Positions 19,064 through 28,900 of a stretch of DNA of 64,000 bases are shown piece by piece; the first letter of the stretch is position 1, and every line of letters begins with the position of its first letter. The notes under the pieces were generated by a model. It was not told the origin of the DNA and searched no databases. It saw only the letters and a program-made list of their open reading frames with translations. Source of the DNA: Candidatus Woesearchaeota archaeon (lineage in GTDB: Archaea > Nanobdellota > Nanobdellia > Woesearchaeales > ARS49); contig JAHWHZ010000003.1 in the NCBI GenBank assembly GCA_019322895.1, forward strand, positions 114,492-178,491, read 5' to 3'. The position numbers and the translations under genes are program-made.

Positions 19064-19542
19064 AACTTCAGATAAGAAAAGGATTTGGATTTGGCTTGGT
19101 TTCAGGAGTGACAACTACCTTAGGATTGATTGTAGGCCTTGATGCAAGCACTGGCTCAACATTTGTTGTCATTGCAGGAATAATTGCAATAGCGATTTCA
19201 GATTCTCTTTCAGATGCATTAGGTGTTCATATTGCAGAAGAAGCAACTTACAGGAGGACAACCACGCAGATATGGGAAGCCACGATTGCCACGTTTTTCT
19301 TCAAGTTTGTCTTTGCATTGACTTTTATACTTCCTTTTTTCTTTCTTAATCTTCAGAAAGCAGTCATTGCATGTATTATCTGGGGTTTGATACTGGTTAC
19401 AAGCTATAGCTATCATCTTGCAAGAAAAAGAAAAACAGCTCCTTATAAGGCAATATTTGAGCACGTCCTGATAATGGCTGTTGTCATTGCAGCAGCGTAC
19501 TTTGTGGGCAAGGCAACTGCAATGATTCTTGGCTATTATTGA
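19060..19542 (+). CDS. VIT1/CCC1-family (DUF125) membrane protein
   Basis: GFGFGLVSGVTTTLGLIVGL...AISDSLSDALGVHIAEE plus three C-terminal TM helices. 4-nt overlap with the upstream gene. Confidence 0.55.
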   Translation: MKLQIRKGFGFGLVSGVTTTLGLIVGLDASTGSTFVVIAGIIAIAISDSLSDALGVHIAEEATYRRTTTQIWEATIATFFFKFVFALTFILPFFFLNLQKAVIACIIWGLILVTSYSYHLARKRKTAPYKAIFEHVLIMAVVIAAAYFVGKATAMILGYY

Positions 19543-19605
19543 AATCTAAACAGTATTTTTAAGTATAGAAAAATATATAAAACAGCAGTTCTAAGATAAA
19601 GCGGG

Positions 19606-20991
19606 GTGATAGGGTTGAAACAATCCCTAGACGAGCAAATAGCAGTAGCAAGTGTAACAGCAGACAATCAATTTGCGCAAAAGATAGCTGAATTCTGCGG
19701 AGTTGCCACAAATATTGATGATGGATTTAATCCAAGAGTCTATGGCGGAGGAGAATTCTGCCCAAAATCTGAACCTAAAATAATCGCGGGAAAAAGAGTG
19801 TATCTTGTTGCCACGCCAAGCCCAAAAGGGCCTTATGCAGAAGATTCTGGCGGCCCGCAGGACCTTTGCAAAAGGATTGAAATTGCTGCAGATTCTTTAT
19901 ATCGCGGAGGCAAGGCAAGAGAAGTGTGTCTGGTGTATCCTGACATGCATTATTCCAGGCAGGACAGGGGCCCTGATGACCAGGAAGAAGCAGAAAAAGC
20001 AGAAAAATTAGGGAAATCGCATGTAATGGAAGGAGAAGCATTTACTGCAATGCTGCAGGCAAAGGATTTGCTGGGCAAGGGCATAATAAGAGTAATAACA
20101 AAGCATCTGCACAGCGACAGGATATTCAAGATTTGGGGCGGTGCAGCAATGGGTATTGACGAGTATGATATAAAAGACTGGAATGATACAGCCAAGGCAA
20201 AAGAAATGGAAAAGAAAGGCAGGGAAATAATCACTGAACTAGATCCTGCGCCTGCACTGGCACATTACTGGAAAAATAAGTCTTATCTTTCTGATAAGAT
20301 AAAACCAGACGGATCTAATTTTGTTTTATGGGATCCAGACCAAGGCACGATTCCTTTTGGAGACCGGGTGCAGCATTATTTGGCTTTGCTTGGCTGGACA
20401 AATATTTCAAGAGTGAGCTGTGATAAATTCAGGGAAGTGCCAAATGATCCTACCCAGCTGAAAGCAAAAATAAAGGTTTGGCCAGAAGGACTGCAGCTGG
20501 CAGACAAGTACGTGGGTTTTGCAGATGACGGCTCTGATTCTGGAGGAACGCTTGAAGTGAATGCTGAAGTGATGCGAAAAATAAAGCATATCAAAAAAGA
20601 TGAGAATATCGGCTCTCCGCTGGGTGTTGTGATACATATAACACATCCATGGCTTAACGGAATGTATAACAGGGATGCACAGCTACGAATTGCAGGCATA
20701 CCTAAATTAAAAGAGATAACAGTTGGCAACACCTGGCCGTATATAGAAGACCGCAGGATTCCTAAATTCAAGAAACTGTCAACTGTTTTAAGATTTGCAA
20801 AACATTTCAGCCAGACAATCTTGTGCCTTGAGCAGGGAATGGATCCAAATGAATATTTTTCTTTTGAAACAAGAGAAGACATTGAAAGAAATATTCCGCA
20901 ATTATATGATATAAAAAGAAGCGAGATGTGGAGAATACAAAAAAAGAGCAGGAAAACCCGGCCGATAAGAGTTAATGGTTCGTGGTCTTAA
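19606..20991 (+). CDS. divergent ribose-phosphate pyrophosphokinase-like protein with large insertions
   Basis: GTG start. The N-domain pattern is FAQKIAEFCGV...GGGEFCPK...KRVYLVATPSP...LYRGGKAREVCLVYPDMHYSRQDR. The PRPP loop GFADDGSDSGGTL follows much later. At 461 aa it is far longer than the compact archaeal Prs I recall. Confidence 0.55.
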   Translation: MIGLKQSLDEQIAVASVTADNQFAQKIAEFCGVATNIDDGFNPRVYGGGEFCPKSEPKIIAGKRVYLVATPSPKGPYAEDSGGPQDLCKRIEIAADSLYRGGKAREVCLVYPDMHYSRQDRGPDDQEEAEKAEKLGKSHVMEGEAFTAMLQAKDLLGKGIIRVITKHLHSDRIFKIWGGAAMGIDEYDIKDWNDTAKAKEMEKKGREIITELDPAPALAHYWKNKSYLSDKIKPDGSNFVLWDPDQGTIPFGDRVQHYLALLGWTNISRVSCDKFREVPNDPTQLKAKIKVWPEGLQLADKYVGFADDGSDSGGTLEVNAEVMRKIKHIKKDENIGSPLGVVIHITHPWLNGMYNRDAQLRIAGIPKLKEITVGNTWPYIEDRRIPKFKKLSTVLRFAKHFSQTILCLEQGMDPNEYFSFETREDIERNIPQLYDIKRSEMWRIQKKSRKTRPIRVNGSWS

Positions 20992-21099
20992 AATTTCTTT
21001 TTCTTTACTTTTTTCATCAGATATTTCAAAAAAAAGAAAAGGATTATGATTGCAATAATCCATTCAAAATATTCTATCGGAACGCCCAGTAATTCCATA

Positions 21100-21333
21100 T
21101 TACATTCTTCCTGCAACGCCAGGAGGCATTGCTTGTCTTGGCGGGTATGCTGCGCGCGCAGGGGCCCGCATTGCCGGTGCAGGAGCGCCTCCTTCTGCAA
21201 ATTTGTCTATTCCTGTGATGATCAATGCTATTGCCAGCAGTATCAGCGCAAAAAACATCTGGTCTATGAAGCCCAACAGCACTGCAAAAATAGCGCAGGC
21301 TATCTGAACACCTCCAACAATCTTTGGATTCAT
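21100..21333 (-). CDS. small membrane protein with Pro/Ala-rich tail
   Basis: 77 aa with two TM helices, then APAPAMRAPARAAYPPRQAMPP. Confidence 0.4.
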   Translation of the reverse strand: MNPKIVGGVQIACAIFAVLLGFIDQMFFALILLAIALIITGIDKFAEGGAPAPAMRAPARAAYPPRQAMPPGVAGRM

Positions 21334-21351
21334 TGGTTCACCTCCATTTTC

Positions 21352-21537
21352 TTAAGCTTCTTTGGCTCTTTTTTTCAGCCAAGGTATTGCAACATATGCT
21401 ATGAATGCTGCCATTATGATTATGACCCAGAAGAATTTCCAGTCCATTATTCCTGCTGCAACCATGACCAAGGATAAAATAACTATTATCACAAAGATAA
21501 TTGCGATTATTTTTATGAATTTTTTCATTGCAGTCAT
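21352..21537 (-). CDS. small two-TM membrane protein
   Basis: 61 aa. 4-nt overlap with the upstream DUF1385 gene. Confidence 0.45.
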   Translation of the reverse strand: MTAMKKFIKIIAIIFVIIVILSLVMVAAGIMDWKFFWVIIIMAAFIAYVAIPWLKKRAKEA

Positions 21538-22373
21538 TTTACAGTATTCAATGCCTTAATGGCAACCTCAATCTGTTTTAAGGTAGGTTCTTTTGTTGTT
21601 AATTTCTGCGTCCAGATTCCTGGCATGATGATTATCTTGACCAATGGATTTTTCTTGAATCTTGATGCTATCCTCACTGCTTCATATGCAATGCCTGCTA
21701 TCAATGGAACAAATAATATCCTTATCGGGATGTTTACATACCATCTTGGGTCTTTTATCAAAGAGAATAATAATATGCTTACTACAATCACGATGACCAA
21801 CAAGCTTGTTCCGCATCTTATGTGCTCTTTCGGATATTTTTTGGCATTCTTTGGAGTCAATGGAACACCTGCTTCATAGCAATTGACTGCTTTATGCTCT
21901 GCCCCGTGATACCTGAATATCTCTTTCATGTCTGACATGAAGCCTATCAATACAAGGTATGCGAAAAATATGATTACCCTGAAGATGCCGTCAACCAGAT
22001 TGAATAAAAAGTTTGTCTGCTCTATGAAAAGTCTTGTCAAGTAATAAGGCGCAATAATGAATATGACTATTGTTGCCAATAAAGAGACAAGCATTGTTAT
22101 TCCTATCTCTTTTTTTGATATTTTTTCTGATTTTTCTGCCTGCTCATTTGCAGACCATGCAAGTGCTTTTGTTCCCAGTACAAGCATCTCAATAAGATTT
22201 ACAACGCCTCTTAATATCGGCGCCTTGAAAATAGTGTATTTTCTTGATATCGGCTTGTAGCGCATTCTTTTTGTCTTGATCTTGCCTTTCTTTCTCACAG
22301 AAACAGCCACTTTAGAGTCTGACTTCATCATGACTCCTTCAATTACTGCCTGTCCGCCGATATGTTTTTTCAT
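21534..22373 (-). CDS. DUF1385 (YqhQ-like) membrane protein
   Basis: N-terminal IGGQAVIEGVMMK and later FRYHGAEHKAVNCYE are the hallmarks I recall for this family. Confidence 0.7.
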   Translation of the reverse strand: MKKHIGGQAVIEGVMMKSDSKVAVSVRKKGKIKTKRMRYKPISRKYTIFKAPILRGVVNLIEMLVLGTKALAWSANEQAEKSEKISKKEIGITMLVSLLATIVIFIIAPYYLTRLFIEQTNFLFNLVDGIFRVIIFFAYLVLIGFMSDMKEIFRYHGAEHKAVNCYEAGVPLTPKNAKKYPKEHIRCGTSLLVIVIVVSILLFSLIKDPRWYVNIPIRILFVPLIAGIAYEAVRIASRFKKNPLVKIIIMPGIWTQKLTTKEPTLKQIEVAIKALNTVK

Positions 22374-23005
22374 AATGTTACCTCTTTCAACGGTTCTAAT
22401 ATAATAACTTTTATGTTTTTCGCTTCAAGTATCTCCTTGAACCATTCTGCGTCATCTGCTGAGCCGATGAAAGAGCCGTAATGCGACGGTATTGCTATCT
22501 TTGGGTCAATCACTTCTGCTGCTCTTGCAGCTTCTCTTGCACCCATCACAAAAGTCCCGCCAACAGGCAAAATAACAATGTCTGCTTTTATTTTTGTCAT
22601 CTCTGGTATGAAGCCAGTGTCATCTGCATAATAAAGTGTCTTTCCTTCGCTCTCTATCAAGAAGCCGTAGCCAGAGCCTTTAGGATGCGGTCTTGGCTTA
22701 TTGACTGTGTATGCATCAACAGGTGTTATCTTCACATCATCCCCAAAATGCCATGCCTTGCCTGGAATTGCAAGGATTCCTCCAGTGTATTCTCTTGTTT
22801 CTCTTGTTGTCATCACGACAGTAGTCTCCTGCCTTATCTTGCGCACCAATGTAAGGCTGCAGTCACTGAAGTCCCATCTTGACACAAGAATCACGTCTGC
22901 AAGGTCTTTGTAATCGCCTGGCTCTCCTTTGTAAGGGTTGATGTATATTGTCTTTCCACCGGTCTTTAATTCATAGCTTCCGTGGCCAAACCATTTTATT
23001 TGCAT
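22370..23005 (-). CDS. MBL-fold metal-dependent hydrolase (UPF0173-like)
   Basis: MQIKWFGHGSYELKTGGKTIYINPY...ILVSRWDFSDC...IPSHYGSF. 4-nt overlap with the downstream gene. Confidence 0.7.
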   Translation of the reverse strand: MQIKWFGHGSYELKTGGKTIYINPYKGEPGDYKDLADVILVSRWDFSDCSLTLVRKIRQETTVVMTTRETREYTGGILAIPGKAWHFGDDVKITPVDAYTVNKPRPHPKGSGYGFLIESEGKTLYYADDTGFIPEMTKIKADIVILPVGGTFVMGAREAARAAEVIDPKIAIPSHYGSFIGSADDAEWFKEILEAKNIKVIILEPLKEVTL

Positions 23006-23091
23006 GAAATAAAAATAATCAATTCTGTATATAAATATTGTGTCAAAATCTTTAAATACCGCCGACTTTTTCTTTCACTTGGTGGAGATTT

Positions 23092-23415
23092 GTGAGTGAA
23101 ATAAGATTCAGCAGAAGAGCTTTTAGAAGAAACAAGGAAATCTGCAAGATACAAGGAACACCTTTTAGTCCTGATATGCAGGTATCTTATTCTGAGCTGG
23201 AAAAGATTGCTTCTGCTTTCAGGACAGTCTGCCACATCCGACAGATTGATGGAAAAGATATCGTTCCTGTTGAGTTTGCTGTGATTAGAAATGCCAGCGG
23301 AACATTCCTTTACAGGATGAGATATAAAAGGCCGGATTCAAAAGAAGCGCACAGCAAATTTTATTCTGACGCAAGAATGGACAAATTAATTGCCCAATAC
23401 AAGAATAAAGTTTAA
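23092..23415 (+). CDS. hypothetical protein (107 aa)
   Basis: GTG start preceded by GGTGGAG. No motif recognised. Confidence 0.4.
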   Translation: MSEIRFSRRAFRRNKEICKIQGTPFSPDMQVSYSELEKIASAFRTVCHIRQIDGKDIVPVEFAVIRNASGTFLYRMRYKRPDSKEAHSKFYSDARMDKLIAQYKNKV

Positions 23416-23443
23416 ATATAAGTTCTTATTAAACAGCACTAAC

Positions 23444-24061
23444 ATGAAAAAGAGGGTGCTATTTATACTGATGACAGTGTTATTTGCTAGTCTTGTTTAT
23501 GCAGCAGATTCAATGCCCCTGACTGATTCTGTAACAGATCTTCCAAAGATAGAGAGGCAGACTAATTTCATGGGAGACAATGTCCATATCCTTCTGATAG
23601 AAGACCTTGCCAAGAAGATGGGTGTGCAGGTAGAAGAATTGGACCAGAAACTGATAGAGATGCAGCAGAGGATTGATGAGCTGGAGCAGATGAAATCATC
23701 TGTGTCTGGCATAAAAACAACTGGACATGCTGTGCAATTAAGTACCATAAATAATGAATTAGGCAGTTTAAGGCAGTCTGTAAATGACATAAAGCAGCTG
23801 AACACAAAGATGCAGATGGATAAAGATGAGGCCAGTCTTGGCGGATACATAATGCTTTTATTGGGATTAAATGGCGCTTTGCTGATTATTGTGTCCAGCA
23901 TCATCATAAAGAAGTCTACGCAAAAAGAGCAGACAAAGACATTGCATGAATATATTGCAAATTGCCTTGATGCAGGAGAATCTGAAAAAGAAATAAAAGA
24001 AGATTTGCTTGCAGAAGGATGGCCTGAAGAAAGAATTGAAAAAGCTCTTGATGAGCTTTAA
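23444..24061 (+). CDS. secreted coiled-coil protein with C-terminal TM anchor
   Basis: Likely start MKKRVLFILMTVLFASLVYA (signal peptide) after the TATA-like gtttaaatataag. Coiled-coil middle, then the TM helix IMLLLGLNGALLIIVSSIII. Confidence 0.6.
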   Translation: MKKRVLFILMTVLFASLVYAADSMPLTDSVTDLPKIERQTNFMGDNVHILLIEDLAKKMGVQVEELDQKLIEMQQRIDELEQMKSSVSGIKTTGHAVQLSTINNELGSLRQSVNDIKQLNTKMQMDKDEASLGGYIMLLLGLNGALLIIVSSIIIKKSTQKEQTKTLHEYIANCLDAGESEKEIKEDLLAEGWPEERIEKALDEL

Positions 24062-25887
24062 TCCACTTTCAGGGCAGCTAATGCTTTTCTCTGGAGTTCT
24101 GGATATTGGAGCGATAAATCTCCGTTTGTTTTCTCTGTTGCGAGAACTCCGTATCTTGTCTGCCCGACTTCATCGCCAGATGCTTTCTCATAAGTGTGCT
24201 TGTTAAGGTTAACGTCAATCGCTGCATCTTCTCTTTCAAACTCAATGTCAATGTTTTCTGGCTGGTTGTAATCCAGTCTAGAAGCTTCTGTGTGGATTCT
24301 TGCAGTGATTGAGTCAGTGCCAGTTGTTGGAACGCTTATTCTCGCACCATATTTATCAACAACATCAACAGATGATCCATCTACTTTTCCATCGCCGTTC
24401 AAGTCAATAGCCAGTTTTCCTGTTGTCATGTCAACATAAGCAAGGAATGTATGATCGCCCCGCTTAATGCTCGCTGTTGCTGAATCAACAGCAATTATTT
24501 CCTCAACAGTGCCTGAATAATCTGTAATTCCGATATCGTAGCCGCCAATGTCAGTATCTTCCTGGAAACTGGTGTATTTGAAGGCAAAAGTGTCGCCGTC
24601 TTTTGACAATATAACTGTGTCGCCGATATTCACGTGATATTCTGTCTCGCTTGAAGATTCTGTAAATATCAGGTTTCCATCTGCATCGCCAAGCTTTAGG
24701 CTGTTTCCATCATTATGAACTAATGGAACATTGGTGTATGTGCTGCCTTCCTTATTTGTAAAAGAGAAAGTGTATGAACTGTCTGTTGCAGTTGATGTGT
24801 ATGTGAAGTTTATGTCAGACTTGTTGAATGGAGTCTCCAGTCCGTCGAAGGTAACGTCAACAATTGCAGCATCTTTGTTTTCAAGCTTATCTACAAGTGT
24901 CTCTCCTTTCTTGACAAATATGTCTTGCTGCTGTGCATTTGTCGGCATTAGCTGGTAAGCCAGCTCATTCAAAGTGATTGTTCCTGCATTTGGGTCGACT
25001 TTTGCCTTGACCCTGTCTTTTGAGTCATTATCAGCTTCTGCAAAAGCAGTGTCGTTAACATTGTCATCTTTGATATTTACTTTTTTTACGCCGACTCCTA
25101 TCTCTGCCATGTCTGATTCAGTGTCAAAGACGCCTGCATATGATCCGTCTGCTAACTGTACAGCATCTCCTGGCTTCATCCAGCCGAGATTTTGATTGTT
25201 TACAATGACATTTGCTTCTATTACACCGTCTGCTGCTGTCCTGCTGCCAGCATAAGTCACTTCATATGATTTTCCATCAAATGTAAAAGTCTGTGTTGGA
25301 GCTATATCACACAGCGGCACGATTACTTCTCCTGTCATCAGGCCAAGATTAACTTCATCAACATCTCCGCCGTTCCAGGTGGTTGTTGCTTTTGTTATCC
25401 TGTATCTTTTTCCGCACATGAAAAGGTTTTTCTGTATCAGGTCTGTCATGTTTCCGTCTGCATCTACGCTTGATGTCAATCCATCTGCAAAAGTCAGTCT
25501 CCATGTGTAGACTGGCTCTGAATGTGCTGCATGCAAAAACACAGCAACATTTCCAGCATCATCTTTTGTTAATTTAGGGGTGATGTTGCCAAAGTCTAGT
25601 GTCTGGCTGCAGTTTACATCTGCCTGCCCGCCATTTCCGTCTGGCTCCTGCATCTTGAATTCTTGAAGAATGTTTGAATAATCATCTTTTGTGAGGGTTC
25701 CAAAATGGTCCTTAAGTGTCTCTTCTAATTCTAATATGGTTGAATTAGAAACAACTGGCCAGTTTTCTTCAGGGTTTACTGCTGCTGTGTTGTCCTTGTC
25801 TTTGCAGCCAGAAGCCAATCCTAATATAATCATCGCTAATGTTGATAATCCTGCTTTCTTGATAAATCCAGTCTTCCTTGTTTTCAT
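24058..25887 (-). CDS. large Thr/Asp-rich surface lipoprotein with Ca-binding-like DxNGDGKVD loop
   Basis: The likely start MKTRKTGFIKKAGLSTLAMIILGLASGC (lipobox) follows a GGGGG/GGTG Shine-Dalgarno. Beta-rich composition. DLNGDGKVDGSSVD is EF-hand/dockerin-like. Confidence 0.65.
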   Translation of the reverse strand: MKTRKTGFIKKAGLSTLAMIILGLASGCKDKDNTAAVNPEENWPVVSNSTILELEETLKDHFGTLTKDDYSNILQEFKMQEPDGNGGQADVNCSQTLDFGNITPKLTKDDAGNVAVFLHAAHSEPVYTWRLTFADGLTSSVDADGNMTDLIQKNLFMCGKRYRITKATTTWNGGDVDEVNLGLMTGEVIVPLCDIAPTQTFTFDGKSYEVTYAGSRTAADGVIEANVIVNNQNLGWMKPGDAVQLADGSYAGVFDTESDMAEIGVGVKKVNIKDDNVNDTAFAEADNDSKDRVKAKVDPNAGTITLNELAYQLMPTNAQQQDIFVKKGETLVDKLENKDAAIVDVTFDGLETPFNKSDINFTYTSTATDSSYTFSFTNKEGSTYTNVPLVHNDGNSLKLGDADGNLIFTESSSETEYHVNIGDTVILSKDGDTFAFKYTSFQEDTDIGGYDIGITDYSGTVEEIIAVDSATASIKRGDHTFLAYVDMTTGKLAIDLNGDGKVDGSSVDVVDKYGARISVPTTGTDSITARIHTEASRLDYNQPENIDIEFEREDAAIDVNLNKHTYEKASGDEVGQTRYGVLATEKTNGDLSLQYPELQRKALAALKVD

Positions 25888-25972
25888 TGTATTCCCCCAC
25901 TTAACCATATTAATGAAGAATAAGAGCATGATTCTTTATAAAGTTGATGTTTTTTTAATTACTTTTCAGTAA

Positions 25973-28900
25973 CTAACCTGTCAGTCTTCTGTAGATGCCT
26001 GGCAGTTTAGCAGGCACGTCTTCCATCCTGTTGACATGCGCAAACCTGAACCCTCTTGCAATCTTTTCCATCACTTCTTTCTCAGCATCTCCTGTAAATA
26101 TCACTATTGGATGCAGCCCTGCATTCCTTGCCTCGCGCAAGGCTTCTCTTGTGTCTGCAATCGCGTATTCTCCTTTATATTCAATATCATTAGGCGCGCC
26201 TTCAAGCAAGTATGCAAGTATCTTGTGTTTTTCAGGACGTCTGCTCAATACATGGGTTGCGTATCTTATTCCTGCACCATCCCTGTTCTGCTGTAGTGCC
26301 TTTAATGAGCCGATTCTCCGCTGTGTTTCACGATTATATTTTTCATTGAATCCTTTTATCTGGTAAACATCAACCTGCTCTCTTGTTTTTCCGCTGTAGG
26401 CAATGATTGAGTATGCATCTCCTGTCTGATCTATTGCTTCGCACATGTAAAGGCAGGTCTTCTTGCTGATGTCTATGAATCTTCCTTTTCTTGGATTGTC
26501 AAGGTCGAGGAATTTTCTCAGAGAGCCGCTCACTTCTGTCAATAAAAGTGTTGCAACAGACCGTTGGTTCTTGTATGTTCTTATGAATAATTTTTCGCTC
26601 GGCGTCACTCCTGCAGCTATCTGGCCTTTTGCTTCCACAATCGCATTAAAGTCAGGCTCTCCTGACAATTGTTTTTTCAGGGCTTTTCGCTCTTCTGGCT
26701 TCAGCCTTTCAAATTCCCTGCGTATTCTCTCAAGATGAACATAATCCTCGTCAAGCACGCTTGTGACAAAATCATTTTCAACAACTTCTATTGGTCTTTC
26801 ATACACAAGAACATAATTTTCTTTAAGCTGTCCTGTGTCTGCGTCCCATTCTGGGAATAGTATCGGCTTTCCTTCCTGCTCGTCAAGAAGTATTTCTTCT
26901 TCTTTTGGGGCCAGGCCGCTTTCCACTGTGACTGCCTCTTCAAGGTTTATTTCAGATACTGGTTCTGGCGGCTCAACACGTTTTGCGACTTCATCTGCTT
27001 TCATTATATCGTAAAGCCGGTCAGTAAGATGCAGCGAATCTATCACAGTTGCAGAAGGCATTCTTATGTGCTCGTCGATTTCTGACTTGAGTTTTGCTGC
27101 CAGCTTGCTTTTTCGTTTTGAGCTTCCTGTCATGCATATCTGGTAAAGCGCCTCAAACGAACTTTTTGGCTTATTGAAGTTTGAAGATATGTATTCATCA
27201 AATATCGCCATATCATTTCTCAGTCCAGGATATGTTTCCAATAGTTTTGACTTCACTCTTGCTGTCTCAAGCATTGTGAATATGAATTTTGCAGCTTCGC
27301 TGTTTGGATAAGTGCTCATCAGTCTTGCAAGAGATACTTCATCAATCTCTTCTTTGCTGCCTGATTTTTCCATGCAGTCTTGGATCAATTCTTTCAATGC
27401 AGATTCATCAATCTCATAAGTCCCGAATTCAAGGAATGCTGTCTGGTAGGATGTCAAGACCTTGTATATGCTGAAGTTCTGTTCGTCATCCTCAAATGCA
27501 TGCACTGATATCGGCAGGACTATCTTGCCTTCCTGCAGCGAGGATTTCAGCTCAACAGAATCTGTTTTCTCGACTGCAAGCCTTTTGTTGGACAGTGCCT
27601 CTGCATATACTTTTAATTTTCCTACAACATCATCAAATTTCAGTCCTTGCAGGAATTTATCCACGCTTATGCTGCTCGTGTAGCTTCTCCTGCCGTAGAA
27701 CTTGACTGCAGCATCAACAGAATCCAGCTTTGCCCCTTCTTCAGCCCATGCCTGGGCAGTCTCAACTCCGAAAGAATCTATCATCTTCGGCAGGTTGTCA
27801 AAATAATTATCAATGAGCTGTTCAAGCTTCTCGCGAAACTCCCGCCATCTTGCTTCATATTTTTCCTTTTCTCTCAAAGTGCTGTCTTGCTTCTTCAAAA
27901 TCATTCTTGTTTTTTCCACATAAGGAGCGAACATTTGATTGAGCTCATCCATGAAGAATCTTTGGTTTTCTTTAGGTATCTGCTGGAATTTGCGCAGAAA
28001 ACTGTAAAGAAGCAAATCTGGCTGCTTTATTTTTGCTGCACTCATAATTGTTTCAGGCCGCACCACATTCAGGTAATAGCAGAAAAATCCGCAGAAATCA
28101 AACAGCACGTCATTTTCAACATCATCTCCTGCCTGCGCGCGTGCCCTGAGAAAAACAAGGTCTGCATCCAGGAATTCGTCTGGCATGTAATTAAGCTTTC
28201 CAGGAAGCTTTCTTACAATAAGCTGTCTCAAGACATCGTCTCTCTCTTGATACGGCTTGCGAAGCTCTATTGCAAGGTCTCTTATGTTGCTTGCATGCTC
28301 AATAGTCTCTTCATCTGCCTGCGCATATAATGGCGCGCTTTGCAAGATATACGAGCTGAGCGAAGACTGGCCTGGTTTTTGCGTGTCCATTTTCTTCTCA
28401 AGCGCATTCACCCAGGCCTGGAAATTTTCTTTGGAAAACTCATCTGCCAGAAGAGACAGCTGATTGGAAAGTGTTGTCAGATGCCTTCGCAGTTCCCTAT
28501 CATTGGAAGTCATTGCATTTTGAAGCAAGTGATCTATAAATTCTTTGAGGAATTTGCCTTGTTTTTTTGTTATCTGGCACAGGCTTGCATAATTGTCAAG
28601 AAACTCTGCCAGGTCCTGCCCTCCATTGCGCACCAGGTGCAGTCCATTCTCCAGAAATGCATCTCCTGCAGAAAACACCTCCTGCTTGTCCTGCCTTTGC
28701 AGTCCAAAGATGTTTTCCAGCGCATTTTTGGTATCATGGAAAAGATTCACATAACTGCGTTTTTCTTTTTCTGCGCGTGTTTTGTGTCCAAAAGCGATTA
28801 AAAGATAAGAAAGATATCTCTTGAATTCATCTGCAGATGTTTTTTGGGCTGCAATGCCCGGTATATGATTAAGGTATGCATGTAAGAGCTTGTCAAACCT

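Noticed and set aside
20376-20882. 168-aa minus-strand ORF
   Set aside because: It is antisense to the Prs-like gene, which carries the PRPP-binding loop in this region.
20988-21477. ORFs 20988..21200 (-) and 21046..21477 (+)
   Set aside because: They overlap each other and the better-supported small membrane-protein genes at 21100..21333 and 21352..21537. The plus-strand ORF is Cys/His/Arg-rich shadow sequence.
27647-28330. 227-aa plus-strand ORF, and other plus-strand ORFs from 25995 to 29921, inside the CbbO-like gene
   Set aside because: It is antisense to a 1303-aa ORF with a recognisable vWA module. It has no motifs and a biased composition.
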